Assembly: GCF_003704095.1 (NCBI RefSeq) | Contig: NW_020844500.1 | Span: 62,001 to 126,000, forward strand | DNA length: 64,000 nucleotides | Source: Pocillopora damicornis | Taxonomy: Eukaryota | Direction: 5' to 3' | Shown: positions 24,900 through 56,671 of the stretch, piece after piece | How positions within the stretch are numbered: position 1 is the first letter of the stretch | Layout: the number at the start of each line of letters is the position of its first letter | Notes under the pieces: generated by a model | Told to the model about the DNA's origin: nothing | What the model saw: the letters and a program-made list of their open reading frames with translations, nothing else | Database searches by the model: none | Position numbers and translations under genes: made by a program

Positions 24900-27112
24900 A
24901 AATTGCAAATTGTTGAAAATTTGCATTTGAATTGCTGTCAAATTCTACAGGTAAAGAAACAGGAGACTTTTACACTAAGATTGAAAGGTCCTTTGCTTCA
25001 TTAATTCAAATCGGAGATTCTGTTTTACGGCCGTGCTTCTACGAATAATTTTCTTCACACTCAGCGCACCGAAAAGGCCATCTCACTACCGACTGCAGAT
25101 CTACCATTTTGGTACCATATGGTTCACTGAAGAGAAAAAGAAGTCACGCATCCCGCAAACAAAATAACATCATAATTTGACGAACCTTGGACTTTTTTCG
25201 TAAACGAATGATTAATACCCACAAGGAAACGAGTACTCCGATAGAAAAGGGTCGTAACCGCACAAAAATATTATCGAATAAATTTGCCAACAAAATGAAA
25301 CAACAACGATACAAATTATGTATGATTTATTCAACCTTTGCAGCTAACAAAATTTTATCTTTGATGGGCATCAGTTATGAGCAGTCTTGCCGACGAAAAA
25401 ATTTGAACACCTCTAGATTGGAAGAAAAAGTGGTTCCTATCATATTTTATGATAAGCATAAACCTTAATGCCTGTAACAAATCTTCATCAGCTATTAGTG
25501 AGTTTTTCTCTAAAACATAACGTATCTAGATCGCGCTTTCTTCTTCTACCAGTCATACAACAAAATTCTAACCTAAGTAAAGATTGATTCACTCCTTGTT
25601 AAAAAATCATGCAAGTAAATTGTGGCATGGATAACATTTCCTTCTTTTCAATTTCCTTTCGGCAAAAATTGCGCTCGTAACTTGCCTTAAACTTATACTT
25701 ATACTTTAAAACAAACGGAAAACTGTGTAACATAGACTGAGACATTTTATTTAAATGCCTAAGGATCTCAGCACGACTCCTGGCAATTATCTCGCTGACA
25801 CAAATGGGGGATACAAATCTTTCTCCTCTGTGATCAATAGATGTCTACAAACCGCGCCAAATTTGGGTTGATACCACTGCAGAAGATTCCCAGCGCAGAG
25901 ATCACGGCAGTCATTCCGCCCCGCACAAACAGGGAAAGCAAACCCTTCCCATTTCGATGTTTACCAACCGCGATAAATTCGGGTTAATACCAATATGAAT
26001 TTTTTAGTTTTCTCTTGAGGTAACATTTGAGTTCACTTTCGCTCTTGCATTACCTATAGCAAGCAAATTTTCAATTTTAAAATGTAGATTAGGTAGTTAA
26101 TCGATGCTTTTTTGTCGCCATATTTATACTAAAGAGGTCGGATCCTCCTCAGAGATCGTCAAAATGTTGTTACATTAAATGGAAAATAAAACCGTTCGAA
26201 GACGAATCCAAGTCCTGTTCATGTCATAAACGAAAACAATTTCTTTGTTGTGGCTTTCCACTTTATTTGCGCATCCGCAAGATAATGATTGAAGTGAGGC
26301 TTCGTCGCGCGGCGATTATCTTCCATTCCGGCAACTTCTCTCTGTTTAAAAGATCCTCTTTTGTTACCGTTCGCTGCTGCACTTTTACGTATTCGCTCAA
26401 CGTAAGCTGTACTGATTGGAACAGAAGACATTTCTTTGTCTGTTGAAGAATGAAAGACACGAAGATTTTCAGTTAAAATGCACCAACGTCTGTTGGAAAA
26501 CAGAGTCCATAGACATCTGCCTTTTCTTATCTCGTCACTGACCTCAATCTTCTGATGTTTCTTCTAATGTTTTTTTAAGGGTATAATTTCTCGTAAAATC
26601 GTAGCTCCCGGGATTTGTTTTACCAAATTCACAACACACAAAGCGTATTTGAAATGACGGCAAATTTAAGCCAATCTGTAGAGACAGGTTCCACGAAAAG
26701 GTCTTTTAGGAAAATCGCCATGATTCCTTTTTCATGCTAAGCTGGATCGTCTGTGGTAATTCCAGGGGTAAATATTTAAATCCCGCTCTCTGACGTAAGA
26801 ATAACTTTGACCTACGTGTGGATCACAGCCAATCACAATACATGGAGTGATGAACTTTATCCTTAACGCGTGAAGATAATTTCGAGCGCGTGCTAATTGA
26901 AAAGGTAGGCTTCGCAAATAAGTTTCTGACAGATAAGGCCTTAACTTAATCAGGGCGGAATCCGGTTCATCTTTACAAGATTTAAGTGACACCTCTTCGT
27001 TTACGTACGTTGACATTCTTCTTGAAGCGCCACATAGACCGCGAGTTTGGGCTCTCAGAAGCGCTGCTGTTGGCGTCGCAAAACCGCGGTAAACTCGTGA
27101 GCAGCAGCGCAT
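24900..27112 (-). pseudogene. Decayed intronless protein-coding region of unknown family (possibly a P-loop NTPase)
   Basis: 126-aa ORF 27112-26732, followed by coding-like segments in shifting frames with stops: GIMAIFLKDLFVEPVSTDWLKFAVIS, VVNLVKQIPGATILREIIP, GRCLWTLFSNRRWCILTENLRVFHS, GINPNLARFVDIY, YERNFCRKEIEKKEML. No intron-like polypyrimidine/AG pattern seen. Confidence 0.5.
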
Positions 27113-28144
27113 GAGAGCTTGAATGCTTGCGAAGTGTTTTCCGAGTCCGACATATCAGAAGGAGTAACAATTTTGACAAGCTGGTTCAATGCACCGAACC
27201 AAGAACACCAAAAATTGTAGGCAAAATATCAACAAATGATTACAATAAGTTATCTTTGTATATTTTTTTTTACATCGGCATAATCTATACCTAGCTTCTC
27301 GCTGCCTCGCCAGTCGCACCGCATGCTCGTTGTGAGCCTGGTAGTAGGCTGCCCTTGATGGTTCTGGTGGCAAAACAATGGTGGCCTGCAGGACAGACTT
27401 TATTTTCCCGCTTAGTGCCTCATTATTATTGCATACTTGATTGTATTTAATTGTACCATTTCTCGTTTCCTTTTTGCGATTTTCTGGGCTGGTACTCGAG
27501 TCTCGGCAGGCGTGAGGAAAAACGAGGGAAGGACTGAGGACAACAACAGGCTAATACGATTGTTTACACGTTCGACCCGAGTTTGAAAGTATGGCCCTCG
27601 CCTTAGGCCGCCGCTCATAGACCTTGTTTAAGACAGAGAGAACAGTTTACGCTGACATCGACCGTCCTGGTACTATTTCATATGGAGCTATATGCCACGG
27701 AATCAGTAGAAAGCCTGGCATATTTCTTTGGAAAAATAACAATAAAACGTTTCATTTGTCTACTGGTCTATTTATATAAGAAACAATTGCCTTTTTAAGC
27801 TCCTGGAGTGCGCATGGCATCTCAGTTGTCTTATAAACCTCTATATCTCGCGATATGACAAGAAAATTCGACTGTGAAAGTTTGAGTGACGTTAAAATTT
27901 CTGCACAGCCCCATACTACATTATGCATTCAATTCTTGGATAGAGAAAACAACGACAAAAGCAATACATCGCCACTGGGAAAACAGATTTGTTTAACAAT
28001 AATATAGGGCTGTGCGGAAATTTTACCTGATTGACTAACAGTCAATCGTCATATCAACACGTTTGTCGCTGGAGTCTACACCTTCCCAAGGGCTGAGGAT
28101 GCGGGCATTAAGAAGAAATCCACACAAAGAAACAGAGTCAATAT

Positions 28145-28150
28145 TTTATT
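28145..28150 (-). terminator. Candidate polyadenylation signal (AATAAA) for ETFA
   Basis: tttatt on the + strand, about 150 nt downstream of the ETFA stop codon. Confidence 0.55.
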
Positions 28151-28298
28151 CTCCAAAACAAAAGCTAACCCTCAGCATTAATTTAGTCACACTCAAGAAC
28201 TAAAAATGAAGCGCGCATCATCATCATCGGTGCAGTATTTTTCACAGAGCTGTACAGTACCAGGGTTTTCCTGTTTACAAAACATGCTGTTTAATAAA

Positions 28299-34265
<5,967 letters not shown>

Positions 34266-35402
34266 TTGAATTGTGATATGTGTTGTCGGGGTTTTATCGA
34301 CAAAAGTTTGCGCGACTCTTCAGAATTGCCTGATGTTCGTGATCGTCGTCCAATTTAACGTTATGCAAGATCGTTGATTAAGGGACATGCGCTAGTTCCA
34401 GACTCTCACGCCACAGTGTCGTCACGAGAGAAATCTGTCACGCAATAAATATCTTTCACAAGACAAGGTCAGACAAGATGTTCTTGCCCAGCCTGCAGAA
34501 CAGGTGAACGAACGAAGGCAAGTTTCTTGGTGGAAATTAAGTGGGCGAGGGAGAAGCCGCTCAAGGAGAGCATAACTGATGAAAGAGAAATCGCCCGACG
34601 AAAGTGCGCTTACCATCGTTAATGCGCGGTTACTATTCCGTCAGGCGCAGAGCTGAAGGACAATGGGAGGACGACTGAGCGTCAGAACGACCAATTACAG
34701 TGTGTCTACATCTTAGTGAATGAATGACTCACTTGCATATCTGTGTTACCATAAAAACTTGTTTTTACCCTTCGTGTATCCACAAGTTAAAGAGTGAAAT
34801 GGGTATATATCCACTCTCAACGTTAACCCTGCTCCAATCCGTAACGCCGATTGAGGAACTTGCTCAGCTGTTATGGAAGGTTGCAATTCTTAGCTCTGCA
34901 GTGATTCCGGTGATTACATACAGCTCTCTTTAATAATCCTCGAAGTAGAATTACGGACGTAAATTAACAACTTACTTTAGAATTACGGACTAAGACTGAC
35001 AGTTTACTTTCTGCGGAAACAAATGGCCTATTCATGAGCCTGGAAATAAAACGAAAGTGTTAACCAACTTGTCAGTTTCGTTTCCCATCAGTGAAATATG
35101 CGAATAATTAATCAATCGGTGGGGATGCTAAGTTTAGAAGAGGGTGGATGTGTTCGTTTGATTACTGTTCCCAAGAAAATATAAACTTAATAATCCCTTG
35201 CAGTTTCCCTATTCGAAATGTTCAGGACAGTGTGCAAGGGAATTGAGTGTGAGTCTTTGAGAGAATGGCGCGAAAAAATGCGCGGGAAAACAACTGCATC
35301 CGCCTCGGCGCGCGTACCCCACGACAAATGCAAACGTTCAGGAAATTGAAGGAAATTTTTATCTCTACCAATTTTTAAAACAATTTACTGGTTAATTAAT
35401 TG
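34266..35402. promoter_or_regulatory. Divergent promoter region between ETFA and the unknown gene; tandem E2F-type sites at 35267-35290
   Basis: CpG content is visibly higher than in the flanking gene bodies. GGCGCGAAAA and GCGCGGGAAAA are reverse complements of the TTTSSCGC consensus and lie 110-150 nt upstream of the candidate ATGs at 35403/35418. Confidence 0.55.
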
Positions 35403-35417
35403 ATGTCGATGATCCCA

Positions 35418-38201
35418 ATGGCGGCAGGAGCTCGAACGTTTCCTCGTGAAAATGAGGTTCTTGAAGGTTGTGAGGCAAACTTGTTGGTTATTCCCTCAGC
35501 AAGGCAAGTTTACCATATGCTCTGTGGATTGTGCATGTACAGCACAATGTTTGTTACGATTTTCTAGCCTTAATGTATACGTAAGTTAAGACCGATTTTT
35601 TTTTTCTTGTTTTGCAGGAGTTCAGAAACTGTCAGGAGACAAGAAACAGACAGTGGAGGCCTTATGGAAAATTTTCTTTGGAAATCAACTACTGATCTGA
35701 ATAGGCAAGTATCAAAGTGACCTTCGTCAATCATTCTAAACAACAATACTGTTAACGGTTTGTCAAGATTAGTAGGACGTGACTTGACATTTGTCTTTTT
35801 TATGTTTGTAAGATTTGCGGTGAATCAAGCTCTTTGCCTGAAGGACCCCTGGATGAAACTAACTTCTGCGAAATCTAGCACTGTACACCAACACGTAATT
35901 GATATCAGCTACCAGTTCGGAGTCAACTTTTCCAGTATATTTTCAAATGCCTAATATACAAATGTTTAGTAATATAACGTACCAGAACAAATTAATTCTT
36001 TAGCCAGAATGTTTCTTTCATTGATGTTTTTTCCTCTTCTTCAGTGAGTGCCCAAGAGCTCGTCTTCAGCCATCATCAGTTGGGGTGAGATATGTGCATA
36101 ACTAAATGAAAGTGATTTACTGTGGGAATTGGGTTCTTCAGCTTCTACATGAAGTTTGAGTTAGCAAATTATAACTTTTAAATAGCTGATAGTACAAGAG
36201 TACCATTATCATTTTGATTATAACGTGCTCAAAGGTTCGCTTTCTGGTCAAAGTCCATCAAAATATAGTGTTGCTGTTTCAAATGCTCCACTCACGATAC
36301 CATATTGAAACACAGAGCTTGATGACAATACAAGAAAATCCTAACAAGCATCTGGGTTGTTTAGGGTCACATTAAGGCATTAACTATTATTAGCTCTTTT
36401 AAAATTAATAATCTCATTGATTTATTTGCGTTGCTGTTTAGGTTTGTGGCAAGGTTGTAGCAAGAGGCTCTCTTGAGCTGAATGACTGTAAAAAGCCAAT
36501 AACTGGAGTTATTTTCAGAGGGAGTATTCCACATCCCTCTAAACTTAAGAAAAAGAAACGGAAACGGTCCAACAACCCCCCAAGAATGCGTCAAAGTCAA
36601 CAAGGTTTCGATGTGATAGCTCATGTGGCTCAGCTAAGAAGGAAACATGTGGAATTCAACTGGTAAAATATATTTCCAAGCCATACCTAACCCTAAGCGT
36701 AATTTATGCTCATTGGATTTGTGAGATGTTTGCACTCAAACAGTTGTTATTACAAACAAATTGCTCTGAAAATTGTGATATAATATTCAGTAGCTGACCC
36801 TGTATACATAGTGAAATCATGTCGATCTCCCTGTAAAAGTCACATAATAACTAAATCTCCCTTTATAGACTATATCTCTCAATTAAATTCTTGTCATTTT
36901 TTAATTAATTTTTGACCTGTTAGAAGTTCTTAAGAGATATAATCAGTATAATTACTTCAAGAGCATGCCTTGGCCGAAAGGTTAGTACATGGGACCACAG
37001 ATAGAGTGTTCTTACAGGTTCTAACGCATAGAGTGCGCTCAGACTAATGCATGTGTGCACAGACAAAACTGTATGTTTCTATACCCAGAAGTATTAATTG
37101 GTTTCAGTAAACTATTTAGGAGACTATTTGAAATGCTGGGGGCAGGGAGTTTAACCTAATACAGATGAGCATCCCATTCAAGGAGAGTACTAACAACCCT
37201 TCTTGTTACTTCAAGTAAGAGGAATATCAGCGCTTCGACTCAAAAAAAATGCATGCCCAGTGGTTTACTTTTAATTGAGGATCTAGATAAATGTAAAATA
37301 TATTAACTCATAGCACAATTTCCATCCTGTCAAGGCTTCCTACCAATCAAAGAGATGACTTAGCATCTTCAAGTCACTCAGTAGAGGAAGAGCCATTTCC
37401 ACCTGGTAGTACAGGACCACAATGTGTTCCCAGCACTCCAACTCTGCTATCAAGTGAATCATTTGAGTTACATCTACCTCCAACTTCACACAATTCCAAG
37501 GAGAGGGCTATGGATCTTTTTAATTCTTACTACCAGGTAGTACATTCATAATTGTCAGAGGATAGAGAAGTAAAAGTTGAGGTTTATGCTGTCTGTCAAA
37601 GCTGAAGGCAGGGACAGTAACACAAAAAAAAAACTTTAAAAATATTGCTATGAAGTCAAATACGTTCTTGCTTGCTTTTAAGCACGCATGGAAAAGGAAA
37701 AAATTATATTGGCATTAGTCACAAAAAAATCATTTTTCAGTGTTAAAGTTAATCATGTCATTACAACATGAATCAAAGTGACACAGGTTAACTCTTTGAT
37801 ATACTGTGCAGAATATAAGCCAATGATCCTGTGATTCCTAGAAACAGAATTGAGCTGTCATTCCCACAAAAGTCCTCCCTAATTGATGTACACATTACAC
37901 GATCGCACTGACATCCTTAATAAGATGCATACTTTCCTTTTTTTCCTTTTCCGTACTAACGCTGTCACAGCTGACAACGCCACGAAATTTGCAAGTCGAA
38001 TCCCCACACACATCCTTATGCTTTGCATTTACACGAGTTATGAAAACAGTCTCAAGTTGTATTATTGCGAATACAAATATGAAAATTGTTGTTAGTGGAA
38101 TACAACTTAAAAAAAGAAATGATACACTAACAGCACCGAGATTTATAGTAGTAACAACTACGTCCACCATAGCATTCATTTTAATCAGAGTAATGAAATA
38201 A
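35418..38201 (+). CDS. Candidate uncharacterised protein (~288 aa, 6 exons, basic NLS-like stretch), with two GC-AG introns
   Basis: Exons 35418-35503, 35618-35704, 36045-36084, 36442-36662, 37335-37536, 37971-38201 total 867 nt with no internal stop: MAAGARTFPRENEVLEGCEANLLVIPSAR/SSETVRRQETDSGGLMENFLWKSTTDLNS/ECPRARLQPSSVG/VCGKVVARGSLELNDCKKPITGVIFRGSIPHPSKLKKKKRKRSNNPPRMRQSQQGFDVIAHVAQLRRKHVEFNW/LPTNQRDD...ERAMDLFNSYYQ/LTTPRNLQ...VMK*. Donors AAG|GCAAGT and TAG|GCAAGT; perfect TACTAAC branch point at 37954-37960. An in-frame upstream ATG is at 35403. Confidence 0.55.
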
Positions 38202-40667
38202 TGCAATATAAAGTCCAAGTTTAGTTTTTTCCTTACCCATTGTATTCACGCTGCCAGTGTGGCTGTTCGTATGGCCGATTTAAGATTGTAAGACACCTAA
38301 AACGAATCAGTGATTATGTATTGCAGACGCGTGGATGTCTCTTGAAACAAACAACTCGTCATGTAATTTTAATTTGCATCGCCATTTAGCATCATGTATA
38401 TCAACTCAATCTGTTTTAGTAAACTTTTCTGTCTATACCGGAATTACAGCTACCACAGATAGTTACTGGGCAATTTTCTATACCCTCGTATGCAGTTGCA
38501 AGGCGCGAAAGATCAGTGGCGCAACTTCAGGAAGAGAAACTGCATAAAATATCCTTTCTTATGGCTAATGTTTCATAAGGCTGTTGACATTTTAATGTAT
38601 CATAGATTAGTCCATAAAATCTTTAGCATTGTATCATACGTAGCTTACCAAACTGTTCATTACAAGTAAATACCCTGTTAGTGATTGACTCCTTAACTTA
38701 AAACACAGCCACCCGGATACCAAACATACCCAGTTGCCCATCACTGACCGTTTAACTCCAGTAGTGGAACAACAGAGTTTGGCAGCATGGCTAAATCATC
38801 AAAATTTTCAATATTTACCAGAAAAACTGTTTCATCCAATTATCTCAGAACCTCCCAAAGAGGAATGAAGGAAAGGTTCTAAACACACATTTTGATATAA
38901 TCACTTTCCGTCTTATGATTTTTTACGTTGTAAATTTGTATACTGTGCTGCTCATTTTGAATAATGTAAATGAATTAAGATGAGAAATTAAGCTATCAAA
39001 TCGATCAAATTCCTTTTTTTTTCTTCGGAAGTCGGATCCATCCGGATACTGCCCAAAAGCTGTGCGGAAGATTAAAAAGTTAAATTCTAATTTTTGCTGT
39101 TTCATTTTTTTGTTTTTTTTTTTATGTTATTTTTTTTATCACACAAGACTTGTAGCAGTTTGCTCTCAGTGATAACTGAATTGGCTCCGTAATAAGCTCC
39201 CTCGATGACGTAACTTTTCCGTGATTGAAGTATTAAGAGCAAATGTCTGAGATGATTGCGAGAAAATCAGAAAACGTGTATTACCCTATGGTCTCGTGTA
39301 AGCTTACAAACGTGATGTAGTTTGTTTACCCAGATATGCTTCTGTTTGAGACGGATTAAAGCCTGCATGAGAAGACTTGGCTACAGAACTCAGGAGGCAG
39401 TCAGCAGGAGGACTCCTAAATGAGACCCAGCAAAACAACATGAGCATATTTATAAGTTTTTGCCATGAACGAGGCATATGGCGCCACCCGCTAGCCGTAC
39501 ATCAAAATGCTCTGCAGCACTTAAAAAACAGTGATCACTTACTTTTCCATTGACAAATTAAATGCTTTACGTATTTAGGATCTCATGCAGCGCATGGAAC
39601 GAACGCAGTACATCTATTGCTACATTCTTATGTCAGTGTCTCAATTCTGATTTGGTGGTACTGTTTCTATTGAGTCTTGCCTACAAACAGTACTGTTTAG
39701 AGGATCCTATATCAACAGACATCATTTTGTAAGCATGAATTATACAAAAAATATTGAATCGCTTTTTACCGCTATCACGGAAAGAGTGATTGCGTTTTCT
39801 TTTGTCAAAAAGGATCTGAACAACATAAGATGTTTCTACCCACATTTAGATTCATAATGTACCCTTTTATCTTTTATGTTTTTTTTTTTTTTTAAAGTAG
39901 ATGTTTGGTGGCAGTGAATCAGGTAATTTTCTTTATGATTGTTCTCAGCATTTTAATATTTCCGCAGAATTGAATGTCACTATTTCAAAATGGCAAATCA
40001 AAGAATAAAATTAGTTTTGGGAAATGCATCAACGAAATTTCCCCTCGGTACACGTTTCGGTTGAATATGCGGTAATTGTTTTTAACGGATTAGGCGAATA
40101 TGCATGCCGGGGCAATCTTACTAAGACATTTGATCTTGATGATGAGAGGAAAAAAACACTTCAAAAAAGTAAAACAAAAAACAGGAGAAGCTACCTGTCC
40201 TTTGAGTGGTTGTAGTTTTCCCTCTGTTTCCATCGCGAAAGGTTTTTGGAAAGTAATCGGTAGAATAATGATTAGCACGCATCTCACAAGGTTTTCTCGT
40301 GTTCAGTTGAATTGCCTCACGGGTCTATCCCCCGCTAAATTAGGAATTAAAAAAAAATTATAATATATATATTTTCTTCATCAGTGGCGTTTCCCTATTG
40401 CTAAGACAGTTATAAATATTTACATTTTTCAGCCTAGAGTCATCTACAATCATAGCTAATTTATGCCTACGTGATATACAAGAAAAGAAAACGCTGACGT
40501 ACAGATCACTTAGTGTTCGTAATATTATGCCCGCCTCCGCAGTTACGCTCGATTCGTGCTTTGGGTTACAAACTATCCGCGTGGGAACTGGATCTACACT
40601 GCGTTGTTAAAATGGCCGTAACATTCGCGTCTAGATAGTATATTCAGTGTTTATCGCCGAAGAGTCC

Positions 40668-53775
<13,108 letters not shown>

Positions 53776-55925
53776 CACAGAATTTTTGTCTTGAACTCGA
53801 GATACTATTCCTATTAATCAAATGGAAGTAAAGGAAGTTCCTCTTCCGATTAGAACTTCTTAATCTTCTTTTTCTTATTTCCTTAGTGAATGAACTTTTG
53901 TTAGATTCTAGCCTGTGAATCACTTCAGGTTTTATCTTACATTAATTCGGTGTAGTTGTTACTGTAATAGTGTTTGTCCAAATTGCTGCCATAAACAAGA
54001 ACTTGACCTATGCAGAAAACACGTAGTGGTTGAGGAGAGGTCAGTTGTTCCGTGGGTATAGTTGCCCAACAGTGTGCGAATATAACATAATAATCGAAAG
54101 TATTTATTTACCATTAGCTGGCTAAATGTGGTGGGTATTGACCGCGAGAAAGTAGAGTTGAAACGTTTCGTATTCAGTTTATGGTGAAAAAAAAAAAACT
54201 CAAGGAAACAAAATTACTCAAGTAAGCAAAGAACTTCAGAAAGTTGAACCTTATTGTGTGATAAATCTTTAAAGAGCTACCTTAATTTTTTCATTTGTTT
54301 GTCTATCAAAGTGAGATAGTACTGAAACACAAAGAGGATATAATTTAAAACCAAATAGGGACAAGGATGTGCAGTATGTTAAAGATTAAAACGGATTGCT
54401 GATGACGAACTTGAAAAATGTAGGTTTATAAAATTTTTATAAAATACTTAAACCGTGAAGGTAAGCGATAGGGGTATTTTTCTCAGACAGTTGAAACTGT
54501 TATGTTTTACAGTGATAGGAAAATAGTTGTATTGTAGTAATTCAACTACAAGGAACTCTCGTATAAGTAGCTTTAGATGTTCTCCAATCGCTTATTACAA
54601 AGTTTTCTAAAGATTGAATTTTACGGTTTATCTAATTTCTTTCCTGTTTCATTTTTCTCTTTTTGAAATTCCTTCGATCTGAAGCTGTTTTTGAAAACGG
54701 ATTTAAAAGGCGTGGCGTAGACTGTTGACGTAGCATCGCTTCTTTATGGAGCAGCCCCAAAAGCTACGGCATCTGTCAAACCCTGATGNNNNNNNNNNNN
54801 NNNNNNNNNNNNNNNNNNNNNNNNNNNNNNNNNNNNNNNNNNNNNNNNNNNNNNNNNNNNNNNNNNNNNNNNNNNNNNNNNNNNNNNNTAGAGGTACAAA
54901 TTTTTGTTTCAATAAGGATATTATGGGAACAGTGCCTTTATATTCAGCCGTCAAGGTCTCGTGTAGGGTCGCAATCGAACTGAGATAAAGAGAGGGAATA
55001 AAGGACTTCTGGAGTGGCTCCTAAATCCTAATTTTGAGCTAAAAATAATGTTCTTAAATTACTGAAAGTTTCAAGTCTATTTGATCATTGAAGAATTTTT
55101 TTAATTGAAATCGCTCCCATTTCCAAAAAATAGTGGTTTGACCTTGGATATCACATGCACATCCGGCCCTATAGATGTATTTAAGTTTTTCACATTGTCA
55201 GCTGAAACAACACCCATTTAATTGGCTTAAAGAAATCTGTAACATTGCCAAAAAATCGATGCTTATTTTGCTGCTGATATGAAATTCTTGAATGGTGAAA
55301 TCAACATCTCTTATTATTATCATTGCATCTAACTAAAGTATCATGTTTTTGTCCCGAGTAAGTGATATCACAAAATACCAGCCGGACGGGAAGAATCACG
55401 CACGAGGAAGTTATTTCTGAATTCAGGACACGTTCATGCGGTTTTCAGCGCTAATCTTCAAAGGAAGAAAAACCAGACGTCCAAACCCTTCTAAACAATA
55501 TCCAAACTACTATTCGATTAAGAAGCTCTCAAAATGTTCAAAGGTGTAAAGTGTCAATTCAAAAAGGTCAATTCAAAGGAGAATAAAGATGGCTATCTCG
55601 CAACTGTAGGTGTCGAGCGCCGGGGAATTATGTTGACTATTAAATGTGAAAACTGTCGTTGAAAGTTGGTTTATTGCTTGGTTAGATTTACAATAGTTGG
55701 CATTCGCCAGACTGGAATCTTTTAAAGCGAAAATCTTCAGGATCGCTGCTAGATGGAAGGAGCGTATTCATGACATTTAGCAAAACGTGAACACGAATTT
55801 AAAAAAAGAAAAGAATTTAACATGTTTAAGATGCCTGACGTGGATAGTTAAAACAATCATAAGTAGAGAGGTGTTAGTTCTAGCCTTGTTATGTGACATT
55901 TTGTCCCCGTAGAACTAATATTTTA

Positions 55926-56671
55926 AAATCTTTCTGCTGGCAACCAGAAAATTTGCCTGTCACAAGGTTTTTACGAAAAGTTGATGAGCAGTCCGCACAA
56001 TGGTTTTACGGATAGTTATAGTTACTTTACGCTTGTGATCCTCATTCCAGGGTCATGTACAATGAAATGGCATTGAAGGCGGCCAATTCTAGCTTAAAGG
56101 TTTGCTNNNNNNNNNNNNNNNNNNNNNNNNNNNNNNNNNNNNNNNNNNNNNNNNNNNNNNNNNNNNNNNNNNNNNNNNNNNNNNNNNNNNNNNNNNNNNN
56201 NNNNNNAATTTTGGAATGGTACGGGTTTTGATAATAAGACCGGTCAGCAGTGCAAACACGTAGGGGCGTAGAAACTCGTGAACAGAGTAAATTTCACATT
56301 ATTTCGGAAACGCATATTTAAGAACTGTTTTAGACTCTGTTTGTGAATTTTTCTAAAGGGAATTGAATTTCTTGGGGAATATTGTTGCCGTTCAGAACTT
56401 GTTAGATTTTGCAATCTCCACTGAGTCTGATAAGCTGTTGTTTCAGTCCCCTTCAACCGTTGTTTAGTCACGTTATGCAACGCTTACACCAAATCGCTTT
56501 TGTCTAAGGAGCTGGATCTATTCCAAGTGGAAATACAGTTTTCGGCACTTGATATATTAATGCATTATTAAAACCTTTAATTCACCAAAAATATATTCTG
56601 TGAACTGCTCATCAGCTTTTCGAAAAAAACTATGTGACGCACAAATTTTCTGGTTGCTAGCAGCATTTTTC
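55926..56671. repeat. Diverged inverted repeat pair (~85 bp) flanking an assembly gap; probable DNA-transposon remnant
   Basis: ctgctggcaaccagaaaatttgcctgtcacaaggtttttacgaaaagttgatgagcagt (~55934-55992) versus actgctcatcagcttttcgaaaaaaactatgtgacgcacaaattttctggttgctagcag (~56604-56663). Confidence 0.75.

Noticed and set aside
26560-26880. Run of in-frame TAA/TAG codons in coding-like frames, suggesting stop-codon reassignment (TAR=Gln)
   Set aside because: TGA stops and frameshifts also interrupt the region, and neighbouring intact genes end in TAA/TGA normally. Ordinary pseudogene decay is the simpler explanation.
34947-35010. Short direct repeat tagaattacggac...ttacttt x2, considered as CRISPR-like
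   Set aside because: Only two diverged copies in eukaryotic DNA, with no spacer array or cas genes.
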